DNA of 32,000 nt from Candidatus Saccharimonadota bacterium (GCA_002952755.1 CP025011.1:1418270-1450269), one strand, 5' to 3'. Positions 1 through 7,527 are shown, numbered from the stretch's first letter. Notes: a model not told the origin generated them from the sequence alone. Numbers and translations are program-made.

Positions 1-2
1 CC

Positions 3-413
3 GCACGTGATGATTTTATTGACATCCTGAAAAACAACCAACAGAGCGTTACCAAAGCGCGTTTGAGCGTATTTGAGGCGCTTCTGGGACAGGAACCGCT
101 CGATATGCACACATTAGTGGCCCGGGTGCCCAAAACCGATCGTGCAAGCGTATATCGCGCCGTAGAATTATTCGAGCGGCTGGACATTGTGCAGCGATTG
201 CATACCGGCTGGAAGTATAAACTGGAACTAACCGATAAATTTACTGCGCACCACCACCATCTCACCTGCATCAACTGCGGTCGCACTATACCGATGAACG
301 AAGCCGAGCTGGAACGGGTGATCGAAGATCTCGCCAAGGCTCACCACTTTCGCCCCACCGCCCACCAGATAGAGCTGCAAGGGTACTGCCATCGATGCTC
401 CGCAGTGAGTTAA
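3..413 (+). CDS. Fur-family (Fur/Zur/PerR-type) metal-responsive transcriptional regulator, possibly 5'-truncated by the window edge
   Basis: Frame 3 is open from the window edge. The N-terminal part (TKARLSVFEALLGQEPLDMHTLV...RASVYRAVELFERLDIV) looks like the winged-helix part. The C-terminal HHHHLTCINCGRT...GYCHRC metal-site motifs are typical of the Fur family. The ORF track starts at TTG 63, but no upstream stop exists. Confidence 0.8.
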   Translation, partial: ARDDFIDILKNNQQSVTKARLSVFEALLGQEPLDMHTLVARVPKTDRASVYRAVELFERLDIVQRLHTGWKYKLELTDKFTAHHHHLTCINCGRTIPMNEAELERVIEDLAKAHHFRPTAHQIELQGYCHRCSAVS

Positions 414-438
414 AAACGCAACTCAGCCTCACGACTAC

Positions 439-1494
439 TTAATTAAGAGTTGGAAAGGGAGAGCCTCGGTATCTAAATACAGCTTGCTGGCCTAGTACTC
501 TATCTTCATCATCGGTCATCGGGACTACCATATCAGGGCCCCTGCCAAACACCCTCTGGGCTTGCCGTAGCATGAACTCTATTGAATTAGAGAAACCGAG
601 ATGCTCGTGCAAGCCACTTAGTACGAGACTGCCGCCAGGAACCATCAGCGCTGGGGCAGCGTGTATAGTCCCTCGGACAGTTCTCTCAGGCAAATGATGG
701 GCTAGTGGCATAACTACCGCGCCATAACGATGCCCTTTATCTTGCCTAAGCTCATTCACTATTGCCAGCCGAACAACTCCCTTCAAGATGTCATGACTGG
801 TCAATACATGCTCTAAAGAAACGGTAAACACTTCTTGGGCCATGGCTACAGAAAATGCCTCGTTAAAAACAGTGCTGCTAAATAAAGCCACATTCTTTAA
901 GTGGTTTCGCTTCACGTATAGACTAAGCGCGGCGCTATCAGCCATGCTTGGTGCACACCAGGCTATTCCATCATGACGCTTGGGCAATTGAACCTCTAGC
1001 CCATCACGAGATGTTAGTTGGCCGTCTCCATTAAGGCGAAACGCGCCCCTCATAAATGTTTGGGCAAATTCTGAACGCTCGTCCAATAGGTGGGGCCTGA
1101 GCAGTCCGGCGATAAAATAAGCAGCAGTCTGTTCAAAACGCTGATCATCATAACTTGGACTCTGTTCACGCAAACGTATCATGGCATCAGTAACCTCGTT
1201 GTCTACAGGGCCGATAAGCTCATCATAGCGTTGGGTAAACGACTCGAACGATTGCAGATGTGTCGGCAGACGCCCTTCCAGCATGAGCTGGTTATGTCGG
1301 TGCCGCATCGTGTCTTCGTCAGCAGGAATACTAAGATTTGTGCCCTCTTCTGAAAGCGTCGATACAGTAGCAGCCAACCACTCTTCAAGCGGCACAATCT
1401 CAATATCCGGGCTCAATCCGAGTCTTTCGGTGGCGTATGCTAAAAGTTCTGGGTCAGAAAAAAGATGCCCACCCTGTTCAGATGGTTGTGACAT
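439..1494 (-). CDS. hypothetical soluble protein, no family recognised
   Basis: Long uninterrupted ORF. The track starts it at GTG 1527; the first ATG (1494, MSQPSEQGG...) is preceded by AAAGG. No TM segments and no nameable motif. Confidence 0.6.
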   Translation of the reverse strand: MSQPSEQGGHLFSDPELLAYATERLGLSPDIEIVPLEEWLAATVSTLSEEGTNLSIPADEDTMRHRHNQLMLEGRLPTHLQSFESFTQRYDELIGPVDNEVTDAMIRLREQSPSYDDQRFEQTAAYFIAGLLRPHLLDERSEFAQTFMRGAFRLNGDGQLTSRDGLEVQLPKRHDGIAWCAPSMADSAALSLYVKRNHLKNVALFSSTVFNEAFSVAMAQEVFTVSLEHVLTSHDILKGVVRLAIVNELRQDKGHRYGAVVMPLAHHLPERTVRGTIHAAPALMVPGGSLVLSGLHEHLGFSNSIEFMLRQAQRVFGRGPDMVVPMTDDEDRVLGQQAVFRYRGSPFPTLN

Positions 1495-1699
1495 ATTTGT
1501 ACCTTTTATAACTTCGTTATGGGTCACGCTTCTAGAGACTATAAGCGCTTAAAAAACGGCCTAAAGCATGTGCGCGACCTGACGAGTATACCTCAGCCAG
1601 CCACCATAATACATGCCTATGTCTATAATATGTTCGGGTCATGCGGACGCCAGCCAGCTAGATAATTACATACGGTGCAATTCTGTTATGATAGTGGTC

Positions 1700-2347
1700 A
1701 TGAGTCATCAGCAAGAAGAAATTGTCGATATTTTGCAGCCGCCATTCTTCACCAAAACAGGCACGCATAAACCGCAATCCCAGGCCTGGAAAGACGGGGA
1801 CTGGATTGGCACATTTAATTTGTGGATCGTACAAGACAGTCCGCGCCCGGCGATTGTCTACCAAATGCGCAGCCCCGATTCCTCATGGGCGCCAAATAAA
1901 CTCGATGTAACGGCTGGCGGCCACTACCAGGCCGGCAAGGAGCGGACAGACGGCTTGCGCGAAGTAGTCGAAGAACTAGGCAAGCACTATAAGCCTGAGC
2001 AGCTCACTTTCGTAGGACGTAAACTACATGTTGCGCCGGATGTACTCGGTAATGAACGCCGCAACATCATCGATATATCGCTGATAATTGATAACGCCCC
2101 GCTCGAGAGTTATATCCTGCAGCCAGAGGAAGTCTATGCTATCTGTATCTGCCCCATCGACGAACTCGTCAAAGTCCACAGCGACCCAACATATAGCTTT
2201 GAGACCGCAGCCCAGAGAAGCGACGGCACTACCTGGGACATCAGCGTCACCAATGATTTATTCCCAGAGAATTGGGACGCCTACCACTTCAAAATGGCGC
2301 TGCTTGCCCAGCGCTTCCTACAGGGCGAACAGCACCTTATTTACTGA
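1700..2347 (+). CDS. Nudix-like hydrolase
   Basis: Nudix-box-like GGHYQAGKERTDGLREVVEELGK (G-x13-RE-x2-EE-x-G, with the usual box Glu shifted). The track ORF starts at 1613; ATG 1700 (MSHQQEEIV) was chosen. The start is uncertain. Confidence 0.6.
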   Translation: MSHQQEEIVDILQPPFFTKTGTHKPQSQAWKDGDWIGTFNLWIVQDSPRPAIVYQMRSPDSSWAPNKLDVTAGGHYQAGKERTDGLREVVEELGKHYKPEQLTFVGRKLHVAPDVLGNERRNIIDISLIIDNAPLESYILQPEEVYAICICPIDELVKVHSDPTYSFETAAQRSDGTTWDISVTNDLFPENWDAYHFKMALLAQRFLQGEQHLIY

Positions 2348-3186
2348 GCGAACTCAAGTGCGCTCTTGATTCGGGCGACTGATTCCTCCGCCCGGTAATC
2401 ATCGAACCACAACACATGCCAGCCATGTTTCTCCGCTGCCATGAGATTGATGCGCGAATCGTCTACCAGTAAGATTTCCGAAGCAGGGGAGTGTGCTTTG
2501 AGCGTAGCCTGGGTGTACATCCTGGATTCTGGCTTAATAAGTCCGACTTCCGACGAATCAACGATTGCATCATAGGGCACATTAGGTATCAGGCCTTTTT
2601 GGATCAGCACATCGACAAAACCAGGCATAATGTTCGTGAGCAGACCCACCCGGTAGTGCTGGGCTGTCCATTGGACCATTTTATGCATGGCAGGAATAGG
2701 CTCGATGGCGTCCATATAGTAGGCCTGCCAATCGATCGGCTCAGCTGTGTGCAAGTCACTGGCCAGTTTGCGATTAAACGCGGCCATAGTCATTTCGCCC
2801 CGGCAAACGCGGTCGTTATAGTGCCAGAAGGTTGTCTCGATAATATCGGCCGAGGCACCTGTTTGCTGGCTTAGGCGAGTAAACGCCCGATGGAAAAAGC
2901 GTACAAGGCAACCATTAATGTCGAAATAAACGAATGTAACGCCGCTTTTAGAACGCTGCCTGGGCCGGGGGCGTGCAGGCGCAACGCCGAGCAATTGATC
3001 TAAGCTCAATCCGAGCGCCGTGGCAATATTCTGAATCGTAAAAATCGAGGGCGACTTGATAGCTCCGCGCTCGATCTTGGTAAGCGTAGAGTAGCTCAGG
3101 CCAGCTTTTTGACACAGCGTCTGCTGCGTCATGCCCGCCTTCACACGCGCCAACTGCAGGCGCTGGCCTAACCCCTCCTCATCCAT
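2341..3186 (-). CDS. XRE-family HTH domain fused to HAD-IA-type hydrolase
   Basis: The N-terminus GQRLQLARVKAGMTQQTLCQKAGLSYSTLTKIERG is an XRE helix-turn-helix, followed by a PARPRPRQR linker. HAD motifs follow: FDINGCL (I), GLLTN (II), KPESRMY (III), LLVDDSRINLMAAEKHGW (IV). The 3' end overlaps the convergent Nudix gene by 7 nt. Confidence 0.8.
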   Translation of the reverse strand: MDEEGLGQRLQLARVKAGMTQQTLCQKAGLSYSTLTKIERGAIKSPSIFTIQNIATALGLSLDQLLGVAPARPRPRQRSKSGVTFVYFDINGCLVRFFHRAFTRLSQQTGASADIIETTFWHYNDRVCRGEMTMAAFNRKLASDLHTAEPIDWQAYYMDAIEPIPAMHKMVQWTAQHYRVGLLTNIMPGFVDVLIQKGLIPNVPYDAIVDSSEVGLIKPESRMYTQATLKAHSPASEILLVDDSRINLMAAEKHGWHVLWFDDYRAEESVARIKSALEFAQ

Positions 3187-3287
3187 AGCCTTATGATACC
3201 AGCTTATGGCAAAACTGCCTAGCGGACTAGCCGCAAACGGCCAGCTTTTTCCTTGGCCGAATCACGCAGACATGTACAATATGAACT

Positions 3288-4409
3288 ATGAATATACTAC
3301 GCAAAACCATCGTCGCACTAGCAGGGACATTTCTTGTACCGCTTTTATTTAGTTTCGGATTCGCCTGGAGCGTACATCAGGTCTTTGGCAACTCTACCGA
3401 TATAAAACAAGCATTGAGAAGTAGCGGGTTGTATACCTCAGTTGTGGGTGAGGCATTGGATCAATCTCAAAGACAGCAACATAGCAATACTTCCAGTAGT
3501 GATGTGCCAGTAGGCGATCCGCACATCCGAGCCGCTATCCAATCTGCCTTTCCACCGTCCTACTTGCAGTCACAAACCGAAAATACCATCGACGCCACCT
3601 ATGCCTGGATCCAGGGGAAGACACCGACACTGCAGTTCCGCATCGATATGTCCGGCGCCAAAGCTAAACTAGCCGATGGGGTCGGGCAATACGCCCAAGC
3701 ACGTGTCGCTTCGCTGCCGCGCTGTGCTGCAACTACCACTCCAAGCGGCGACATCGACCCGTTTACCGCCACCTGCGTACCAAAGGGGGTAGACGATGCG
3801 GCCATTGCCTCGGCCTCCCGTAACAACATCTTGCAAGGTGATTTTCTCAAGGACAGCACTATCACCGCCGACACCATTAAGACTAAAGACGGCATCACGC
3901 TGAATCAACAGCTTAAAAACGTACCGAAAGCGTACCAGAGGAGTGTCTCCGGCCTCTATATCAGCGGGGTCATCACGCTTTGTTTGCTTGTGGCTGTGGC
4001 ATGTTTAAGCATAGATTGGCGTCATGGCGTGCGGCGGGCCGGCATCTTTATGGTTGTTATGGGAGCCTTCAGCGCAGCCAGCGCTTGGCTGGCCAGCTTT
4101 ATTGTGCACAAAGTCGCAGTAAAGGTTGCAGAAAAACAAACCGCCGATACGCCGTTGCAAACGCAAATCCTCCATGTAGTACAGACACTGACTAACAACG
4201 TGCGAACCTGGTGGATGGCATATAGTATTACACTCCTCGTAGCGGGGACCGTTGCCATCCTGATTTCAGTACTGGTGAAACCGCGCTTAGATCAGAGTCA
4301 GGAGGTTAATCTCCCAAGTGGCGTCGATGGTATTGAGGGGCTCCCGCAGGAAAACCTGCCAGCTGCCGTGCCCTCCAAAACTGCTCATCCTCGCAGGCCG
4401 CAGAAATAA
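3288..4409 (+). CDS. integral membrane protein, unknown function
   Basis: 373 aa. It has an N-terminal TM helix (IVALAGTFLVPLLFSFGFAW), a ~190-aa hydrophilic middle, three further hydrophobic helices (e.g. GLYISGVITLCLLVAVACL, IFMVVMGAFSAASAWLASFIV, AYSITLLVAGTVAILISVLV) and a Pro/charged tail. Confidence 0.7.
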   Translation: MNILRKTIVALAGTFLVPLLFSFGFAWSVHQVFGNSTDIKQALRSSGLYTSVVGEALDQSQRQQHSNTSSSDVPVGDPHIRAAIQSAFPPSYLQSQTENTIDATYAWIQGKTPTLQFRIDMSGAKAKLADGVGQYAQARVASLPRCAATTTPSGDIDPFTATCVPKGVDDAAIASASRNNILQGDFLKDSTITADTIKTKDGITLNQQLKNVPKAYQRSVSGLYISGVITLCLLVAVACLSIDWRHGVRRAGIFMVVMGAFSAASAWLASFIVHKVAVKVAEKQTADTPLQTQILHVVQTLTNNVRTWWMAYSITLLVAGTVAILISVLVKPRLDQSQEVNLPSGVDGIEGLPQENLPAAVPSKTAHPRRPQK

Positions 4410-4512
4410 GTAAGGAAGTTTACGAGCCTCGGGCGAGTTTTTCACTCCTGGTTAAAGATAGGTAACTAGATACAGGATGGGGGTCCCGTATGACGGGAGG
4501 GCAAAAGGTTAC

Positions 4513-5115
4513 TCAAATTGCTAACGAATAGTTGTCGAGCGGCATTCCATTAAAATCAGGGGGTCCTAAATCTTTGATAAGCGAGAAGTGATCGACATGC
4601 TCGATCAGCTTAACCTTCGTATCGCCTGTCAGACGAGTAGCATCATCAAGATTAATTGGCCGGGTATACCGTGCAAGCGTGCAATGGGTGATGCCTGGTG
4701 GTTGTTTAGTACCTTCCGGCAGCGAAATTCGCTCAAGCAAGCGGACACGGATTGCATTCAACGCGGACGTATCGCTGGCCTTTATAATGATCGCCCCCTG
4801 ACTCACAATGAGCTGATCGAACATAATATCGAATGGCGGGCAGGTGGACAGCACCTCGTGCACAATCCGGTTATACTTCTGATACCACTGCGCAAAATGT
4901 TCGGCCCGCGTTTTGTCTCTATACTCCGCATCACAGATAATTTCCATAACCGTCACATGGAGGGCGGGAGGTTGCTGCAGCCAAATAGCGTCGCCAAAAG
5001 TCTGCACCAACTTTTCTTGTAGCGCTGCCACATATTGCGTTGCTGCTTTGCTCAATAAGATTGCTATATTATGCTCATCTTTAGAGTGTACTAGAGGGCT
5101 AGGAATTGTTAGCAT
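4513..5115 (-). CDS. 2H phosphoesterase / LigT-like (2'-5' RNA ligase family) protein
   Basis: Two H-x-T-x motifs (ALHVTVME and ITHCTLAR) lie about 90 aa apart, the hallmark of the 2H superfamily. ATG 5115 (MLTIPSP) is preferred over the TTG at 5142 used by the track. Confidence 0.7.
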   Translation of the reverse strand: MLTIPSPLVHSKDEHNIAILLSKAATQYVAALQEKLVQTFGDAIWLQQPPALHVTVMEIICDAEYRDKTRAEHFAQWYQKYNRIVHEVLSTCPPFDIMFDQLIVSQGAIIIKASDTSALNAIRVRLLERISLPEGTKQPPGITHCTLARYTRPINLDDATRLTGDTKVKLIEHVDHFSLIKDLGPPDFNGMPLDNYSLAI

Positions 5116-5235
5116 GACGATATCATAGCAAGAAAAGAACAAAAATAGCCTAACTGTTCTGGCCCTAAATCTTCATATGTTGTTTGTTTTTTAGAGGACT
5201 CGACTAATCACTTACAGAGGAGTGGCTTCGACACT

Positions 5236-5382
5236 GAGCAGGATAGTGAGCTTTGCCTTCTACAGAAAAACTTCCTCGGAATGCATTCCTGTGAGAGCTT
5301 TCCTTTCGCCAAACCTACGACTACGGTATCTTGCGCTACGCAAGATCCCTATCGTAGAACCAAACTCGGCGAATGTATCAAG
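5236..5382 (-). ncRNA. diverged second copy (copy A) of an unidentified structured RNA-like element
   Basis: It aligns by eye over its full length with 7052..7196. The hairpins are retained through compensatory changes (see findings). No terminator was seen. It lies directly upstream (minus strand) of the 2H phosphoesterase gene. Confidence 0.35.
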
Positions 5383-5454
5383 TAACGAAATGCGGAGCCC
5401 GGTTATTACAGAGCACTCCGTCTTGCGCGATTAGTTAGCTGTTATGATTATTCC

Positions 5455-6021
5455 ATGCAACCCATAGAAGCTTTTAAACAACTCTGTTTGCTGTCAGTAT
5501 TCATATTGCTCATTGGCCTTACTTTCTTGGCTATAAGGTGGCCAAAAGGCGTACATGCCACCTTCAGTCAGCATGCGGCAGTACAAAAGAAAACGATAGT
5601 TTACTATATTGTGCTGTTCATACTTGCCCTACCACCACTTACTGCGTTCTTTATATTTTGGTTTGTGCCTACTTTTCATCTGAGTACCTGGTTTATTGCT
5701 TTTGCCGTATTGTCAGAGCTGTTTCAGCACAGCGTTACTTTTATACCGGAAGTTGGAGGCTGGAAAACGAAGTGGCATGTTTTCCTGACGAATTGCTCAG
5801 CGGCGTTGCTAGTTCCTATGCTTTTGATCTTGTTGGCTTCTTCCTATGTGACCGGGATAGCCAAGATTATCACGCTGCTTGGCTTATTTTCCATGCTATC
5901 AATAACGGCTTACTTCCAATCTATGAAGCTTGCTAATAAGCTTAAGTATCTAATGCTCCTGCAGGTGGGTTATTATGGAGCTTTCTTCATAGCAATACTC
6001 GTTACAGCCTATAGCTACTGA
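5455..6021 (+). CDS. polytopic membrane protein, unknown function
   Basis: 188 aa, almost entirely hydrophobic helices (about 5-6 TM, e.g. LCLLSVFILLIGLTFLAI, IVYYIVLFILALPPLTAFFIFWFV, AALLVPMLLILLASSYV). ATG start. Confidence 0.7.
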   Translation: MQPIEAFKQLCLLSVFILLIGLTFLAIRWPKGVHATFSQHAAVQKKTIVYYIVLFILALPPLTAFFIFWFVPTFHLSTWFIAFAVLSELFQHSVTFIPEVGGWKTKWHVFLTNCSAALLVPMLLILLASSYVTGIAKIITLLGLFSMLSITAYFQSMKLANKLKYLMLLQVGYYGAFFIAILVTAYSY

Positions 6022-6040
6022 CCAAATAATCCCAACCCCG

Positions 6041-6135
6041 TCTAAGGTGTTAGCAAAAAGGAGCTTTTCTAAAAATCAAAAACAGAGGTACACATTGCCT
6101 CTGTTATGAGTTTTGTGATTATCAATTGGTACGCC
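6041..6135. repeat. direct repeat R1 (~95 bp), a copy of the 3' end plus terminator of the structured element at 7041..7196
   Basis: TCTAAGGTGTTAGCAAAAAG...AAACAGAGGTACACATTGCCTCTGTTATGAGTTTTGTGATTATCAATTGGTAC matches 6953..7050 with scattered substitutions. Confidence 0.7.
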
Positions 6136-6194
6136 GTTGTAGATGAAGTTGTAACCTGTATTATACAGGAAGCTCTGGAGATGGACCTTTACAT

Positions 6195-6216
6195 TCTAGA
6201 CTGTCTAGACTATTAT
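6195..6216 (+). promoter_or_regulatory. 15-nt perfect palindrome plus TATTAT box upstream of the antitoxin gene (candidate TA operator/promoter)
   Basis: TCTAGAC-T-GTCTAGA (6195..6209) is immediately followed by TATTAT (6211..6216). The antitoxin ATG lies at 6223. Confidence 0.3.
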
Positions 6217-6222
6217 GAACAT

Positions 6223-6471
6223 ATGATATGGCAACTGCAAGAAGCCAAGAACAAACTAAGCGAGGTCGTAGACACGAGCATTAACAATGGTCCGCAAATT
6301 ATTAGTCGGCACGGCCATAATGCCGCTGTCGTCATTAGCTACGCGGACTATCAGCGCTACATAGCATCCACAAAAGGATTGAAGAAGACGCTCCTATCAA
6401 GCGGCCTGGACGAGCTTACATTGGCCCGAGATAATTCCACTGTCGGTCGCACTACCGGCTTCTCGCTATGA
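6223..6471 (+). CDS. Phd/YefM-family type II antitoxin
   Basis: MIWQLQEAKNKLSEVVDTSINNGPQIISRHGHNAAVVISYADYQRY is the characteristic Phd/YefM N-terminal pattern. The stop overlaps the vapC start (ATGA). The track start at 6106 lies inside repeat R1 and was rejected. Confidence 0.8.
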   Translation: MIWQLQEAKNKLSEVVDTSINNGPQIISRHGHNAAVVISYADYQRYIASTKGLKKTLLSSGLDELTLARDNSTVGRTTGFSL

Positions 6472-6896
6472 TAACGGGTTACTTACTTGACACCAATGCG
6501 ATCAGTGAAGCGTCCAAAAAGAAGCCAGACACTGGTTTTATTGAGTGGTTCACAAAAACCGATGAATTAGCCATGTTTACTTCTTGTATTGTGCTTGGTG
6601 AAATTAAAAAGGGTGTTTCACTCATCCGGGACGAACCTAGACATAAACAGTTTGACACTCTTCTTGCTAAGCTCATCGTGCAGTTCGACGGTCGCATTGT
6701 AAATGTAGATAGTCGCACGGCTCTGCATTGGGGTGAACTACTGGCAACTGGCCAGCTCTCAGGGCAAACACCGCCTCTCATTGACGCGCTTATAGCCGCG
6801 CAATGTATTACACAGAATTTGATACTGGTAACACGTAACATGAGAGATTTTGAGCAATTTGCAGGGGTCAAACTACACAGCCCCTGGGTCGGATAG
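6468..6896 (+). CDS. vapC: VapC-type PIN-domain toxin (ribonuclease)
   Basis: PIN acidic residues appear in the usual contexts: YLLDTNAISE, LGEIKKG, LIDALIAAQ, LVTRNMRDF. There is a 4-nt overlap with the upstream antitoxin. Confidence 0.85.
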   Translation: MITGYLLDTNAISEASKKKPDTGFIEWFTKTDELAMFTSCIVLGEIKKGVSLIRDEPRHKQFDTLLAKLIVQFDGRIVNVDSRTALHWGELLATGQLSGQTPPLIDALIAAQCITQNLILVTRNMRDFEQFAGVKLHSPWVG

Positions 6897-6952
6897 TATA
6901 TAAGTTTCCTATACTAATTCTGGCAATATAAGCCAACAAGAGTCCAAACCTA

Positions 6953-7050
6953 GCTTAAGGTGTTAGCGAAAAATGTAGTTTTCTGAAAATCAAAAAACAG
7001 AGGCACTGCTGACCTCTGTTATGAGTTTGTGGATTATCAATTGGTACACC
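6953..7050. repeat. direct repeat R2 (~95 bp), partner of R1; it forms the native 3' end and terminator of the structured element
   Basis: CTTAAGGTGTTAGCGAAAAA...AAACAGAGGCACTGCTGACCTCTGTTATGAGTTTGTGGATTATCAATTGGTAC matches 6041..6135. Confidence 0.7.
6990..7020 (-). terminator. intrinsic terminator following the structured element
   Basis: The minus strand reads ACAGAGG-TCAGCAGTG-CCTCTGT followed by TTTTTT. Confidence 0.5.
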
Positions 7051-7196
7051 GGGGCAGGATAGCGGGCTTTGCCCTTCTACAGAAAAGCTTTCTCGGAATG
7101 CATTCCTGCGAGAGCTTTTCTTTCGCCGAACTTACGACTACAGTATTTGCTGCGCAAATCCCTAGTCGTAGAACCAAATCAGACGAATGTACCAAG
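7041..7196 (-). ncRNA. unidentified structured RNA-like element (copy B), about 155 nt
   Basis: The minus strand has an 8-bp closing helix UUGGUACA...UGUACCAA around three hairpins (UACGACUA/UAGUCGUA with inner AUUUGC/GCAAAU; GAAAAGC/GCUUUUC with inner GGAA-UGCA-UUCC; GGGC-AAA-GCCC). It has its own terminator and sits between tRNA-Arg and the TA cassette. I could not recognise a known RNA family by eye. Confidence 0.4.
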
Positions 7197-7220
7197 CAAA
7201 AACCCCACACAAGGTGGGGC
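7197..7220 (-). terminator. intrinsic terminator after tRNA-Arg
   Basis: The minus strand reads CCCCACC-TTGT-GTGGGG followed by TTTTTG, directly 3' of the tRNA. Confidence 0.5.
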
Positions 7221-7227
7221 CTTTGCT

Positions 7228-7304
7228 TGGTACACCCGACAGGATTCGAACCTACGACCTTTGGCTCCGCAAGCCAACGCTCTATCCAGCTGAGCTACGG
7301 GTGC
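7228..7304 (-). tRNA. tRNA-Arg, anticodon GCG as read
   Basis: Reverse complement: GCACCCG TA GCTC AGCTGGATA GAGC G TTGGC TTGCGGA GCCAA AGGTC GTAGG TTCGAAT CCTGT CGGGTGT A CCA. This is a full cloverleaf with A20 in the D loop and an encoded CCA. The anticodon loop UUGCGGA gives anticodon GCG. Confidence 0.9.
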
Positions 7305-7381
7305 GTGTGCAACAGGGGTAATTCTAGCACGTTTACCAGTTAATTACCAGTAAATATATGGTAGAATGGAGCAGTATTTAC

Positions 7382-7472
7382 GGAGAGGTCGCATAGTTGG
7401 TCTAGTGCGCTGCACTCGAAATGCAGTATGGGTGCAAGCCCATCGAGGGTTCGAATCCCTCCCTCTCCGCCA
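7382..7472 (+). tRNA. tRNA-Ser (anticodon CGA)
   Basis: GGAGAGG TC GCAT AGTTGGTCTA GTGC G CTGCA CTCGAAA TGCAG, a long variable arm TATGGGTGCAAGCCCATC, GAGGG TTCGAAT CCCTC CCTCTCC G CCA. Confidence 0.92.
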
Positions 7473-7476
7473 GTAT

Positions 7477-7527
7477 AAAACAGCCTGCTAACTAGCCTAC
7501 TAACTAATATGCAGGCTGTTTTTATTT
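7477..7527. terminator. hairpin terminator between tRNA-Ser(CGA) and the convergent gene at 7536
   Basis: AAAACAGCCTGC...GCAGGCTGTTTTTATTTT. It has a 10-12 bp stem, a 22-nt loop and U-runs on both strands. Confidence 0.5.

Noticed and set aside
439-1527. Possible SAM-dependent methyltransferase call for the 362-aa protein, based on LMVPGGSLVLSG near the C-terminus.
   Set aside because: This is a single short resemblance to one post-motif. No GxGxG SAM-binding motif or other methyltransferase blocks were seen. It is left as hypothetical.
4479-4496. The hairpin TCCCGT-ATG-ACGGGA between convergent genes considered as a terminator.
   Set aside because: The stem is short and there is no U-run on either strand. 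The support is too weak to annotate.
6106-6222. An extended antitoxin start at 6106 (121-aa version in the ORF track).
   Set aside because: The extension begins inside direct repeat R1 and the terminator hairpin and adds a non-homologous hydrophobic N-terminus. The Phd/YefM pattern begins exactly at the ATG at 6223, downstream of a palindrome and a -10-like box.
5222-7343. Track ORFs 5222..5434, 7029..7343 and 7069..7293 (plus strand) give similar peptides (FYRK.S.ECIP.RAFLSPNLRL.YL) and could be a duplicated small protein gene.
   Set aside because: They start at GTG/TTG without a ribosome-binding site. The copy-B frame runs antisense straight through tRNA-Arg and its terminator. The region is packed with palindromic hairpins, and the differences between copies are paired (stem-preserving) rather than biased to synonymous positions. 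I interpret it as a minus-strand structured element. The net 3-nt length difference that keeps the frame is noted as a caveat.
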